Below, in pieces: positions 1 through 10,741 of a DNA stretch of 64,000 nucleotides. Below the pieces are notes generated by a model. That model saw only the letters and a program-made list of their open reading frames with translations, ran no database searches and was not told where the DNA came from. A program made the position numbers and the translations under genes. This DNA is from Cyanophora paradoxa CCMP329 (lineage: Eukaryota; Plantae; Glaucophyta), in NCBI GenBank assembly GCA_004431415.1, contig QPMI01000123.1:133900-197899 (forward strand). The letters run 5' to 3'. The number at the start of each line of letters is the position of its first letter. Positions within the stretch are counted from its first letter, which is position 1.

Positions 1-18
1 CGGCGACCCCCGCGGCAG

Positions 19-3000
19 GTGCTGAAGACGGGGACGGCGGTGGTGTCGGCGCTGACGGCGGCGCTGCTCTTCGTCTTCGTCCCCCTGCTCCTCGACGTCC
101 CCCTCGAGCTCCAGCGGGAGAAGCGCCACCGCGCCCAGCTCGAGGCCCTCTGCCGCTCCCGCCTCGAGGTGCGGCGCGCCCGCGCGGGGGCGGCTGCCGG
201 CGGCCTCGGGGGCCTCTGAGGCCCGGGGCAGGTGGAGGAGGAGCTGCGGCGGCAGCTCGAGCGGCGGGACGTGCTGCGCCGCATCACCAACGCGGTGCGG
301 GGCACGCTCGAGGCGGAGGGGGTCTTCGCGACGGCGGCGCGGGAGATCGGGCGGGCCTTCCACGCCGACCTCTGCACCGTCTGGGTCCGCGAGGAGGCCG
401 ACGAGGAGGGCGCGGGGGCCGAGGCCGGCGAGCCCGAGGGCGCCCCCGCCCCGGGCGGCGTCCGCTGCGCCGCCACCTTCCGCCCCGACGTCGAGGCGGG
501 GGCGGGACCGGAGGAGAAGGCGGGTGCGGGGGCGCCCTACGCCGTCGTCGACGTCGACGACGCGGAGGCCGAGGGGGGCGAGGAGGCGGGCGCGGGGGGC
601 GGGCGGGGCTCGGGGGAGTGCGGGGCGGGGCGGGTGTCGGGGCCGGGGCCGGGGAGGCGGCGGCGCCCCTCGCTGGGGGAGGCGGCGTGGATCCAGGAGG
701 CCCTCCTCGCCGACGCCGTCGTCCAGGCCCGCCCCGCCCCGCCCCGCCCCGCGCCCTCCTCCTCATTCCGCTCCTCCTCCGGCGCAGGTGCCGGACGTGG
801 AGAAGGAGCCGCGCTCCTCCCTCGGCGACTCCCTCGGCGACTCCCTCGGCGAGGCCCGCCGTCTCGAGCTCGGCGCCTCGGGATCGGACCTGATCTCCGC
901 CTGCGCGCAGTTCGGGGCGCGGAGCGCGTTCTGCGTGCGGACGTCGTTCGCGGGGCGGGCGAACGGGCTCATCTTCGTGGCGCGGCGGCGGCCGGCGGCG
1001 GCGCTGGAGGAGGCGGACGGGGACCTCCTCACCGCCGCCGCCGAGCAGGTCGGCATCGCCTTCGCCCACGGTGCCCCCGCCCCTCCCCTCCCCTCCTCTC
1101 CTCCGCGCGCCCGCCGAGCGCCCGGGCAGCGCGGATGGTGGGGCGGCTGCGGCGGGCGAACGAGGCGCTGCGGGGGGCGCGGGAGGCCGCCGAGGGGGCC
1201 AACGCCGCCAAGTCCCAATTCATCGCGTGCATGACGCACGAGCTGAGGACGCCGCTCAACGGTCCGCGCGTCCGCCCGGCTCGCGGGGGCCCCGGGCCGA
1301 CGGGGCGCAGCGGTGATCGGGTTCACGTCGGTGCTGCTCGACGACGCCGGCGAGGGCGCGCCCCGGGGCCTCCTCGGGCCCCCCGAGCCCTGCCCGCTCG
1401 GCGAGGAGCGGCGGGACATGCTCGAGACCATCCGCAGCAGCGGCGAGGCCCTCATGGCGGTGCGCCCGGTGGGAAGGAAAGGAAAGGAAAGGGAAGAGAA
1501 GAGAGGGAAGGGGTTGAGCTGGGGCGGCCGCGGGCAGATCATCAACGACATCCTGGACTTCAGCAAGCTGGAGGCGCAGCGGGTGGAGTTCGAGGCGCGG
1601 CCCTTCCCCGTCCCCTCCGTCGTAGAGGACTCCCTCGAGCTCGTCGTCCGCTCCTCCCCCGCCCCCTCGCCCTCCCCCCGGGCCCTCACGCGGGGCAGGC
1701 GGCGGGGGCGGCGAAGAAGGGCCTCGCCCTCACCTGGGCCCTCGAGCGCGACGTGCCCCAGGCGCGCCTCGTGCCTCTCCCGCCTGTTTCCGCCCCTCAC
1801 GCGGGGGCCGGGGCAGGTGGCGGTGGGGGACGCCGCGCGCCTCCGCCAGGTCCTCCTCAACCGTCCGCCCCCGCCCCGGCCCCTCGTCCCCGCCCCCGCC
1901 CCGCCCCCCTCACCCCGGCCGGCACCCCCCGCAGTGCTCTCCAACGGCGTCAAGTTCACGCCGAGAAACGGCTCCATCGCCGTCCGCTGCCGGCTCGCCC
2001 CGGGCGGCCCCGCCGCGGGGCCCCTGGACGCCCTCGAGCCCCTCCCGCGCCTGCCCCGCTCCGCCTCGGGCCCCCTCCACCCGCGCCGCGCCTCCGCCCC
2101 GGCGAGCTCCCGCCCCGCCTCGGGGCGCCGCCTCTCCGCCCCCGCCGACTCGCCGGCGCTGCTGCGGGCGCTGCCGCCCCGCGGCGCTCCCCTCTACCTC
2201 CGCTTCGACGTCGTCGACACGGCGCGCGCCCCGCGCCCCGCTCCCCGCCCCCGCCCCCGCCCCCTCTGAGCTCGGGCGCAGGGGATCGGGATCCCGCCGG
2301 AGCGCGCGGGGCGCCTCTTCCAGCCCTTCAGCCAGATGGACGCCGGCACCACGCGGTGCGCCTCGCCCCTCCTCCTCCACCCTCGCTGCGCGGGGCCGTC
2401 GGCGAGGCGGGGGGCGCGGCAGCGAGTACGGGGGCACGGGCCTCGGGCTTGCGATCTCCAAGAAGATCGTGGAAGGGATGGGGGGGCGCCTCTGGTGCTC
2501 CCCCAACGCCGGCGGCGGTGCGGCCAGCCGACGCCTCGCCCCTCCCCGCCTCACGGGCCCGCCAGGCACCGTCTTCTCCTTCACGGTGGCCCTCCGCCGC
2601 GCCTCCCCCGCCGACGAGTGCGCTCCCCGCCCCGAAGCAGCGCGCCGGGCCGCCGGCGCCTGAGCCCGCCCCCGCACGCGCAGGGCCCCGGAGGGCGGGC
2701 CGGCGTCCCCGCTGCGGGGCCTGCGCGTCGCCGTCGCCTCGCCGTACCCCGAGGAGCGCTGCTTCTTCGAGGTGCCGCCGCGCCCCTCCCCGCGGGCCCA
2801 CGAGCCGGGCCCGAGCGGCGCCTCGGGCCAGGTGGAGCTCGGGCGCGAGGGCGCGGTCTGCGCGGCGGCGCCCACGCTGCTGCTCGCCCTCGCCGCCGGC
2901 GGCCGCCCCGACCTCCTCCTCCTCGACGCGGTGCCCCTGCCCCCGCCCCAGCGTGCGCCCTGTACCCCCTCGAGCCCCGCGGGGGCGCAGGGCCAGGCGG

Positions 3001-3972
3001 GGGACCTGGCGGCGCTCCCGGCGGCCCCGCCGGCCGTCCTCCTCGGCTCCAGCGGGCCCCGCTCCGCCGCCCCGGCCCCGGGCCCCCTGGGCCGGCCCGT
3101 GGCGCCCCGCCCGCTCCGCCGCGCCGCCCTCTTCCGCCTCCTCCGCCGCGCCCTCGCCGCCGCAGGCCCCGGCCCCGGCCCCGGGTTGCGCCGGCCCTCG
3201 CTGCCCCTGCCGGGCACGACGGGAGCCCGCTGCCGGCCGCCCTCGAGCTCTCGGCGACGCCGCCCCGCGCCGCCGCCGCCCTCCCGCCGCTGGACCCCCT
3301 GCGGGGCCGGCCCCCTCCCCCTCCCTCCGCATCCTCGTCGCCGAGGCGCCCCCACGCCCCTCCCCCTCCCCGCGCACCCGGGGAGCTGAGCGGGCGTACC
3401 CCCGCAGGACAACGCGGTGAACATGAAGCTGGTGGTGCGGCTGCTGGGGCGCTGGGCCTGCCCCCGCCCGCCACCGCCGGCAACGGCCTCGAGGCCCTCG
3501 CCGCCTGCCGCGCCCGCCCCTTCGACGCCGTTGTCCGCCCCCGGAGCCCCCGCCCCGCCGCCCCGCCTTCGCTGACGCCCCTCCCCCGCCCGCGCGCAGC
3601 TCATGGACGTCTCGATGCGCGCCCCGGGCCCCGCCCCCGCCCTCGCGCTCCCGCCGGGGGCCCCCGCTGAGCCTCGCCGCGCAGGCCGGTGCTGGACGGG
3701 ATCGCGGCGACGCGGCGGATCCGCCTCGAGGCGCCCCACCAGCCCCGCATCCTCGCCCTCACGCGCGCCCCGCCCCGCCCCGCCCCCGCGCCCTGCCCCG
3801 GCGCCCCGCCTGAACCGGCCGGCGCAGGGCGAACGGGAGCGAGGAGGACCGGCGGGGGTGCCTGGGGGCGGGGATGGACGACTTCCTGCGCAAGCCCATC
3901 CGCCTCGCCGACCTCCGCTCCGCCCTCGCCGCCCTCCCCGCCCCCCCACGCCCCGGCCCCGGCCCCCTCTAG
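19..3972 (+). CDS. Ethylene-receptor-like hybrid histidine kinase (TM helix, GAF, HisKA, HATPase, degenerate receiver, receiver); 5' end upstream of window; about 17 introns
   Basis: Spliced motifs: LKTGTAVVSALTAALLFVFVPLLL (resembles ETR1 TM3); GAF ends VLRRITNAVRGTL and LLTAAAEQVGIAFAH; H-box KSQFIACMTHELRTPLN; INDILDFSKLE; N-box LRQVLLNLLSNGVKFT; DTGIGI; YGGTGLGLAISKKIV; receiver ILVAEDNAVN, MDVSMPVLDG, ALTAN, DDFLRKP; TAG at 3970-3972. Position 19 follows an AG acceptor. Confidence 0.88.
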
Positions 3973-4311
3973 ACCTCACCCCCGCCCCCCGGGCCCCGCA
4001 TGTACCCCAGTGTACACTCCTGCACAGCTGCTCTAGATCTTCAGTCAGTCGCTGAGTTATTCAGGCTACTAGGCTACGTATACCATTGTACGTTTGCTTC
4101 CGTTACTAAGTTGGGCTTAACTAGACTCAGATACATGTACAAAGATTGCTACGTGTAATATACTTACTGAGATACAATATGAGAGCCTCGAATATCAGCC
4201 TGACGTCGACTTATATATATTTGCTGAGCCACAGTCACTAGTGCTGGCCCACTGGGCCGGGCCAGTCATGTACCGTAGTAGTACGTAAACACGATTCTAA
4301 TTCAACGACTC

Positions 4312-4395
4312 CATCGAGCGCCACAATCTGTCATGCATCAAGCGCCACATTCCAATTCAAAAACTATTATGCATCGAGCGCCACAATCTGTCATG
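4312..4395. repeat. Short direct repeat, 24 bp x2 at 60-bp spacing
   Basis: CATCGAGCGCCACAATCTGTCATG at 4312 and 4372, with a partial third copy between them. Confidence 0.8.
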
Positions 4396-4571
4396 TAGTG
4401 CGGGGCGGAAAAACTACATAAATACGTAAACTATGTACATCTAGAAGCGGAAATACTCAATAAATACGTTAACTATGTTCGCCTAAAGGCAGCCTCGCGG
4501 GGGAGCGCAAGAGCCGGTGCGCCGTGGCAGCGCACGGGCTGGCCTCGTGGGGCCAGAAGCGCGGGGCGGGG

Positions 4572-7162
4572 TCAGCAGAGGGGCAGGTGGAGGGCGTCGT
4601 GGGCGAGGCCGATGACCGCGCCCTCCGCGTGGGGCCCCGCGAAGCCCTCCCCGTCCCCGTCCTGCCCGCACCCCCGCCCCCGCCGGTCAGCCCCCGCAGC
4701 AGGGGCGCGCGCGGGGCGGCGCACGGCGAAGTCTCCGCCGTCGCCGGCCTCGAACGCCGCCCCGCCCTGCGCGGCCGCCTCAGCGGGGCCGGGGCGGGGC
4801 GGGGCGGCGGGCGCGGGGCGCACCGCCTCCTCGGCGCCGGGGGCGCGGTAGGGACGGCCCCCTCCTCCTCCAGGCCCGCCGCCTGCGCCTCCGCGTCCAC
4901 CCGCGCCTCCCGGGCGCCGCCTCGGCCGGCGGGGCCTCCTCGGCGGGCGGGGCCTCCTGCGGCTGCTCTTCGGCGGGCGGGGCCTCCTGCTGCGGCTCCT
5001 CGGCCGGCGGGGCCTCTTCAGCCGGGGGCTCCTGGGCGGGCGGGGCCTCCTGCGGCTGCTCTTCGGCGGGCGGGGCCTCCTGCTGCGGCTCCTCGGCCGG
5101 CGGGGCCTCTTCCGCCGGGGGCTCCTGGGCGGGCGGGGCCTCCTGCGGCTGCTCTTCGGCGGGCGGGGCCTCCTGCTGCGGCTCTTCGGCCGGAGGGGCT
5201 TCCTCAGCCGGCGGCTCCTGGGCGGGCGGGGCCTCCTCAGAAGGCGGTGCCTCCTGTGGCTGCTCTTCGGCGGGCGGGGCCTCCTGCTGCGGCTCCTCGG
5301 CCGGCGGCGCCCCCTGCGGCTCCTCCTGTGCGGGCGCCTCCTCCGGCGGCGGCGGCGGCTGCGCGCTGCCGTCGTCCGCCTGGCCGCCCGTCAGGCCGGC
5401 AGCGTGCCGCGAGGGGCGGCGGGGCGGGGGCGGGGCGCACGGCCTGGCCCTGGTCCTGGTCGGGCTCCGGCTGCACCGCCTTCGCGACGGCCGCCGCCTG
5501 CGGGCGCGGGACCGCCGGGTCGGAGGGGGCGCCCCGCCGGGCCCGGCCGCTGCGGGACCGCACCTTCTTGACCCAGCGGCCGCCCTTCTGCGCCCACTTG
5601 GCGCCCTTGTACTTGCCGGCGAGCTTGCCGAGGCCCTTCTTGCCCTGCGGGGCGGGCGCCGGGGGGTCGGCGGGGTCGTGCGGGGCGGGCGGGGCGGGGC
5701 GGGCGGGCCAGCTTCATGGCGCGGGCCTTGGCGCGCGACGCGAGGAACTTCTTCAGGCCCTGCGCTCCCTCAGCGCCCCGCCCCGGCCCCGGCCCCGCCC
5801 CCGCGCCCCCGCACCGCCTTCCCCTTGAGGCCCTGCGCTCCGGGGCCCCGTCAGCGGCGTGCGGGGGCGGGCGGGGCCGCCCTCCGTGCCCCCACCCCCC
5901 GCACCTTGGCCTTGAGCAGCTTCGCCTTGCGCAGGCCCTTGAGCAGGCCCTGCGCCCCCGGCCCCGCCCTGTCAGCCCCGAGGCGCCCCGGCGCGCGCGG
6001 CGGTGGGGGCGGGGGGGGGCGCGGGCCTTCCTGCCGCCCCCGGACCCGTCGTCGTCCTGGTCGCTCAGCTGGTCGTGCAGCTTCTCCGCGTGCTTCCCCG
6101 CCTTCCCGAGGCGTCAGCGGCCGCCCCCGCAGCGGCCCCGGTGAGGGGTAGCACCTTCTTCCCCAGCTTGCCGCCCTTCTTGAGCTTGCCCAGCTTGCCC
6201 TTCTTGCCTAGCTTGCCCTTCTTGCCCAGCTTGCCCTTCTTCCCCTTCTTGCCGCTTTTCTTGCCCTTCTTGCCCTTCTTGCCCTTCCGCATCGCCCGCT
6301 TGCCGTGCTGCGCGCGGGCCACGCGGCGCCTCAGCGACGGGCGCCGGCGCGGGAACGCGGCACGCCCGTCAAGAGGAAGGAGACCTTGCCGAGCTTGGCG
6401 CCCTTCTTGCCCAGCTTCGCAAGCATCTGCGGCCCGCAGCCCGGGGGCCCCGCGTCAGCGCCCCCCGGTGCGCCCGGCCGCTCGGCAGCGGCCCCTCGAG
6501 TTGGCAGCTCGCACGCGCCTTGCCCTTCTTGCCGAGCTGATGAAACGGTTAGCAATGAAAGCGACGGTGCAAGAAGATGCGGGGACGAACCTTGGCGAGC
6601 TTGGCTGCTTTGGCCCCCAGCTTCGCTACCTGCAAATGCGACGCGGAACGCAGAGAGGCGTCGGCCGGGGACCCCGCCGGGCCGCGACTCGGAGGCCGGC
6701 CCCGTCCCCGCTGCAGCGCGGCCCCGCAAAAAAACTGCACCTTGGCGATTTTCGCTGCCTTGGCCCCAATCTTCGCAGCCTGAGAGGTTCCAATCTGTTA
6801 GAGGCGGCCGCGCTGCAGCACGGATCTAATGGGCGGCGTTCGCGCCCCGGACGGGCAGCGCGGATCTAAGCGCCAGCTCGCCACGTGGCGGGCGCAAAAA
6901 CGGCGCTCCACTCTGAAGAGCTGAGGTAGTCTACTAAAGAGGTTTCGTTCGACAGTGACCGCGGACGGCGGCGGCACGGCGGGATCCGGAGATCTAGATC
7001 CGGATGGCACCAGTCGGGCGGGAGTCGGTGCTAGGTCCGGTCAGGGAGCTTGTAGGCGAGCCGCTGCACCCCCTCTGGCGTTTATGTTCTTTATGTTCCG
7101 CATGCCCATCGCGCACGCACCATGACGGCGCCCTTGATGAGGAATGGGAGAAAGAACGGCAT
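4572..7162 (-). CDS. Uncharacterised multi-exon protein: Lys/Gly/Ala/Leu-rich cationic N-half, Pro/Glu/Gln/Ala acidic repeat C-half
   Basis: Phase-0 exons with G[TC]-AG borders: 7162-7121 MPFFLPFLIKGAVM; 6779-6741 AAKIGAKAAKIAK; 6629-6591 VAKLGAKAAKLAK; 6536-6519 LGKKGK; 6426-6385 MLAKLGKKGAKLGK; then (KGK/KLGKK)n, GLLKGLRKAKLLKAK, GLKKFLASRAKARAMKL; then PAEEQPQEAP repeats; ends ALHLPLC* at 4572. Frame junction near 4880-4920 is uncertain. Confidence 0.7.
4925..5340 (-). repeat. Coding tandem repeat, 93-bp (31-aa) higher-order unit, about 3-4 copies
   Basis: Unit encodes PAEEQPQEAP-PAQEP-PAEEAP-PAEEPQQEAP on the minus strand. Confidence 0.85.
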
Positions 7163-7595
7163 CTTGGAGTCCTCTGTTTAGCGAAGCTGCGGCGTTAACA
7201 CCGAGGTCCTCGAGAACCCTCCGAATCTGCGCCGAGGCATGAGCGGCGGGGCGAGAGCGGCGGCCCCGGGCGTGCCGGGGAGGTGTACGACGGCAAGCTC
7301 ACCAGCGCCGAAGCCGCAGTCCGCGGGCCCAGACGCGGCGAACACGTTCGGAAACACGAACTATATCAGGCGTAGCGAACGAGAGCGCTGCGCTGGGCCC
7401 GTCCTCTCGCAGACTCGCTTGACGGGTACCACCTCGTCTCCGGCGCGGGGTACAGGACAAGATAGTAACCGCCCGCGAAAAGAGCGAAAAGAGCGCGGCA
7501 GGGGCGCCGTAGCCTTTTCCACGACCTAAGGCGATCGGGCTGCTCGCGGCTGCTGTGACCGGGCCTTCCCCACTTTGGATCCGATCGGCGGCGCG

Positions 7596-9024
7596 ATGTC
7601 GGACACGCCGGTCGCGGGCTTGAGGGACCCGCTGGAGTGCCTGCCGATCGACCTCTTTCTTCTGGTCGTATCGAGCCTGTCGGCCGAGGACCTCCGGCGC
7701 GCGGCTGCGGTCTGCTCGGCGTGGCGCGAGATCTGCGGTGCGCCGCGCGTGGGCAACCCTCGGGATAGAGATATTCAGTCGTTGGCTTTCACGCGGCGGC
7801 CGTACACGCGCCCGCCGCGCCTCGAGCCCCGAGCCGGCGCGCGCGCCTCGAGCTCACTGGGAGCGGCGCGCGCAGACTCGGAGGCCGTGTGGCGGCCGCT
7901 GTGCATGCTGAGCTGGGCGGGCAAGCTGCCGCTCAAAGCGAACTGCGATGCGCCGCCTTACGCGCCCGACGAGGTGCCTCCGCCCCCCGCGCCGTCGGCC
8001 GCCGCCGCAGCCGCTGCAGATCCAGCCCCAGGGCCCCGCTTCCGGGAGCACCCCGATTGCCGCAGCCCCATGACTCGAGAAGCATAGGCTGGGGCTTGAC
8101 AGGAACCAGAGTGCGCGCGGCGCGGGTCGCCGGCCTCTGACCGGGGCGCTGGCAGGCCGGCGGGGCGTGGCGGGGGCGGGGGTGGAAGGAGCGGCACGGG
8201 CGGGTGGAGCGGGAGCTGCGGCGCACGGCAATCACCGCCGAGGACCTCACCGGCACCTCCTGGCGCTTCCGCGTCCGCCCGCCCGCCGGCCCCCCGCCGC
8301 GTCGGGGCCGGCGGGCTGAGGGCGGGGGCGGCGCGGGGGCAGCTGCGGGCGAGCCCCAACGCCTCGCCGGACCGCGTCGTGCGGACCTTCACCGCCGACG
8401 GCAACTGCGCGCCCCGCCCGCCCCGCCCCGCCCCGGCTGCCAGGCGCACCCTGACCGGACCCTACTCGCCCCCCCCCCCCCCCCCCCGTTCCCTGCAGAC
8501 GTCTGCCCGTGGTTCATAATGAGTGCGCGCCCACTGGGCGGCCGCCGGGGGGCCGGCGCCGCCTCACTGCGAGGGGGCGCAGAGTGGTCGATCCTGGAGG
8601 GGGCGGGGAGCCCGCGGGGCGAGAGGGACCTCCTGGAGGGCTCCCCGGGCCGGATGCGCCGCGCCGCCCCCGGGCCCCGCGTGCAGGTCGGCGACTTCCC
8701 GCCCTTCCTCGCCCGCCGCTCCGAGGGTACGCGCCCCGGGCCCCCGGGCCCCCGGTCCCCGCGGGGCGCCTCGGAGCGGGGCCGGGGCCGAGGGGCGGGG
8801 CGCGGGGCGCAGACCACGGGTGGGTGCTGACGAACAACTACGTCGAGCTCCGCTCCACCGGCTTCGGCCCCCCCGCCCCGACCCCGCCCACCCCCAGCCC
8901 CCCGCCCCGCCCCGCCCCTAGCCGGCCCCGCGGCCCGCGCGCCCGCGCCGAAGCCAGCAGCCGCAGCCGCGCGCGCCGGCTGCAGCTGCCGGGCCCGAGG
9001 CCTGTATACCATACCAGCGTTTAG
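7596..9024 (+). CDS. F-box protein (multi-exon)
   Basis: N-terminal F-box PLECLPIDLFLLVVSSLSAEDLRRAAAVCSAWREIC then SEAVWRPLC; later exons WKERHGRVERELRRTAIT, VQVGDFPPF, GWVLTNNYVELRS. Confidence 0.75.
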
Positions 9025-9879
9025 CGCGGACGTCGACGGCGCGCGCCGTTCGCTGGCGTTCAGCGCTCTTGTACATCAGCTCCGCAGTTACATTTCGTGC
9101 CCGCGCAGTCTCTATTCTTTTCCCAGCAGTGTACTCGTAGATCTGGTTCTAGAGGGGGGTGCCCCGGCCTGGATCGGACTCCGGATCAGGCATGTAATTC
9201 GCTTCGAGGTTCCTGAAAGCCCTCGCAATCGGCCTTTCGCTTTGGACTATTGTAATTACGTATACTATTACTCGAGTCATGGCTTGAGTAGGGACTTTAA
9301 TAGAAATAACAGGTAGGGTGGGGTAGTTTTCGAGTATACTATGATACGTTGCAGTATTCAACGTCTGATCATGACCTAGGACTGCATGCGCAGCTGCGAG
9401 CCGCAGCGCCGCGGCACATGCATGCCGCAGTTTCAAGTTTCACTCTCAGAGCGCTAGCTATAGCTAGTTTTGTGGAATTCGAAGCTAAGTGCAGGATTAA
9501 ATACATCCGTAAAACATTGCCAGGCTGCAGGCCTAGGTCCGCGCACTCGTGCAGCGTGCGCAGGTCTTAGCTATATATCTAGATCTAGATCTAGATCTAC
9601 ATACATGTACAGGGGCACACGGCAGCACGCGTCGGCCTAGCCTAGTAGGTCGCGATCGCCGAGCCTCAGAGTCGACGCGCGCGTACGTCCTGTGCACTGC
9701 AGCTGCAGCTGCGGAATGCGCAGCTGCAGGCTAGGCGCCGGCCGGCACCGCGGCGCGCGGCGCCGCGGCGGCGCGCAATTTTAAAGCTGTGGCCCAGCTG
9801 CCCGGCTACGTATACAGGGTAGCCTAGTAGCAGCCTGAGTCAGGGCCTAATATATAGGCTAGGCCTTGGCAGCTGCGCG

Positions 9880-9939
9880 TGCAGGGTCTTCGAATTCGAT
9901 CAAATTCGAATGCAGGGTCTTCGAATTCGATCAAATTCG
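9880..9939. repeat. Tandem duplication, 29 bp x2
   Basis: TGCAGGGTCTTCGAATTCGATCAAATTCG at 9880 and 9911. Confidence 0.85.
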
Positions 9940-10741
9940 GGCCGCGCCGGTACCCCGGTTGGGCGTGAAAAAAGTCGCTTGAAATTTCGTGATCCATTCG
10001 CCGCGTCACCGAGCCGACGTCACGCACACGACAACCTCACGACAATTTCGTCGACAAACATCCGATGATCGCGGCAGATCGCCATCGAACTCCGACGCTT
10101 TCAAGCACGGTCAAGGGGGGCGGGCGATCGGCGCAGCAGCAGCTTCATCAAGGCTTGCAGGCTAGCTATAGTAGCAGCAGCGCCTGAGAACTGCGCGCGC
10201 GGCAGCAGCACGATCGGCGATCGCTCAGCTCTTTTCAGCAGTTTCCACGTCGTCCACGAGCGCAACGGTGGCAGCACCTTCTTCCAACTTGGCAAGGAGC
10301 GAGCTACCAATTGCAAGCTTTAAACTGCAACAGCGCGGAATCGGGATTCCCTGGGGCCTATACGCGCGCGCGCGCGCCGCACGCGTGACGCGTACTGCGG
10401 TACGGTGAGAGGCCGCGAGGAGTGGCGGCGAGGAGGGCGGGATGCTCGTCCTGTGCGTGCTCTTCGCCGGCCTGCTGGCCGCCGAGCTCATGGGCGACCG
10501 CGACGAGCGCCCCCGCCCGCGGCCGCCCAAGCCGCGCCCGGCCGGCCATGGCCACCCGCGCCGCCTCTCCGCCTTCGTCTCCTCGTCGCTCGGGAGCCCG
10601 ACCGCCTGCACCGCCAGCGGCCCCGACGCGGAGCTCGGCGCCGGCCGCGCCGGCGCCGCCACGTGCGCGTGCGGCGGGACCGTTATTGCGGCGGCGTGCA
10701 CGTGCTCGAAGAATAATCTGAGCCTGAACCTGGAGCCGTGC

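Noticed and set aside
232-3420. Very long Arg/Pro/Gly-rich ORFs in the track (also 59798-63835, 13461-16265 and others) as real single-exon proteins
   Set aside because: Extreme GC content suppresses stop codons, and conserved motifs switch frame at G[TC]-AG introns, so these are read-through or antisense artefacts
3440-3470. Single-base frameshifts (kinase near 3450, CUB near 24300-24400, CLU1 near 57235-57270) as pseudogenisation or programmed frameshifting
   Set aside because: They fall in G/C homopolymer runs of otherwise intact genes and are most simply explained as sequencing or assembly indels
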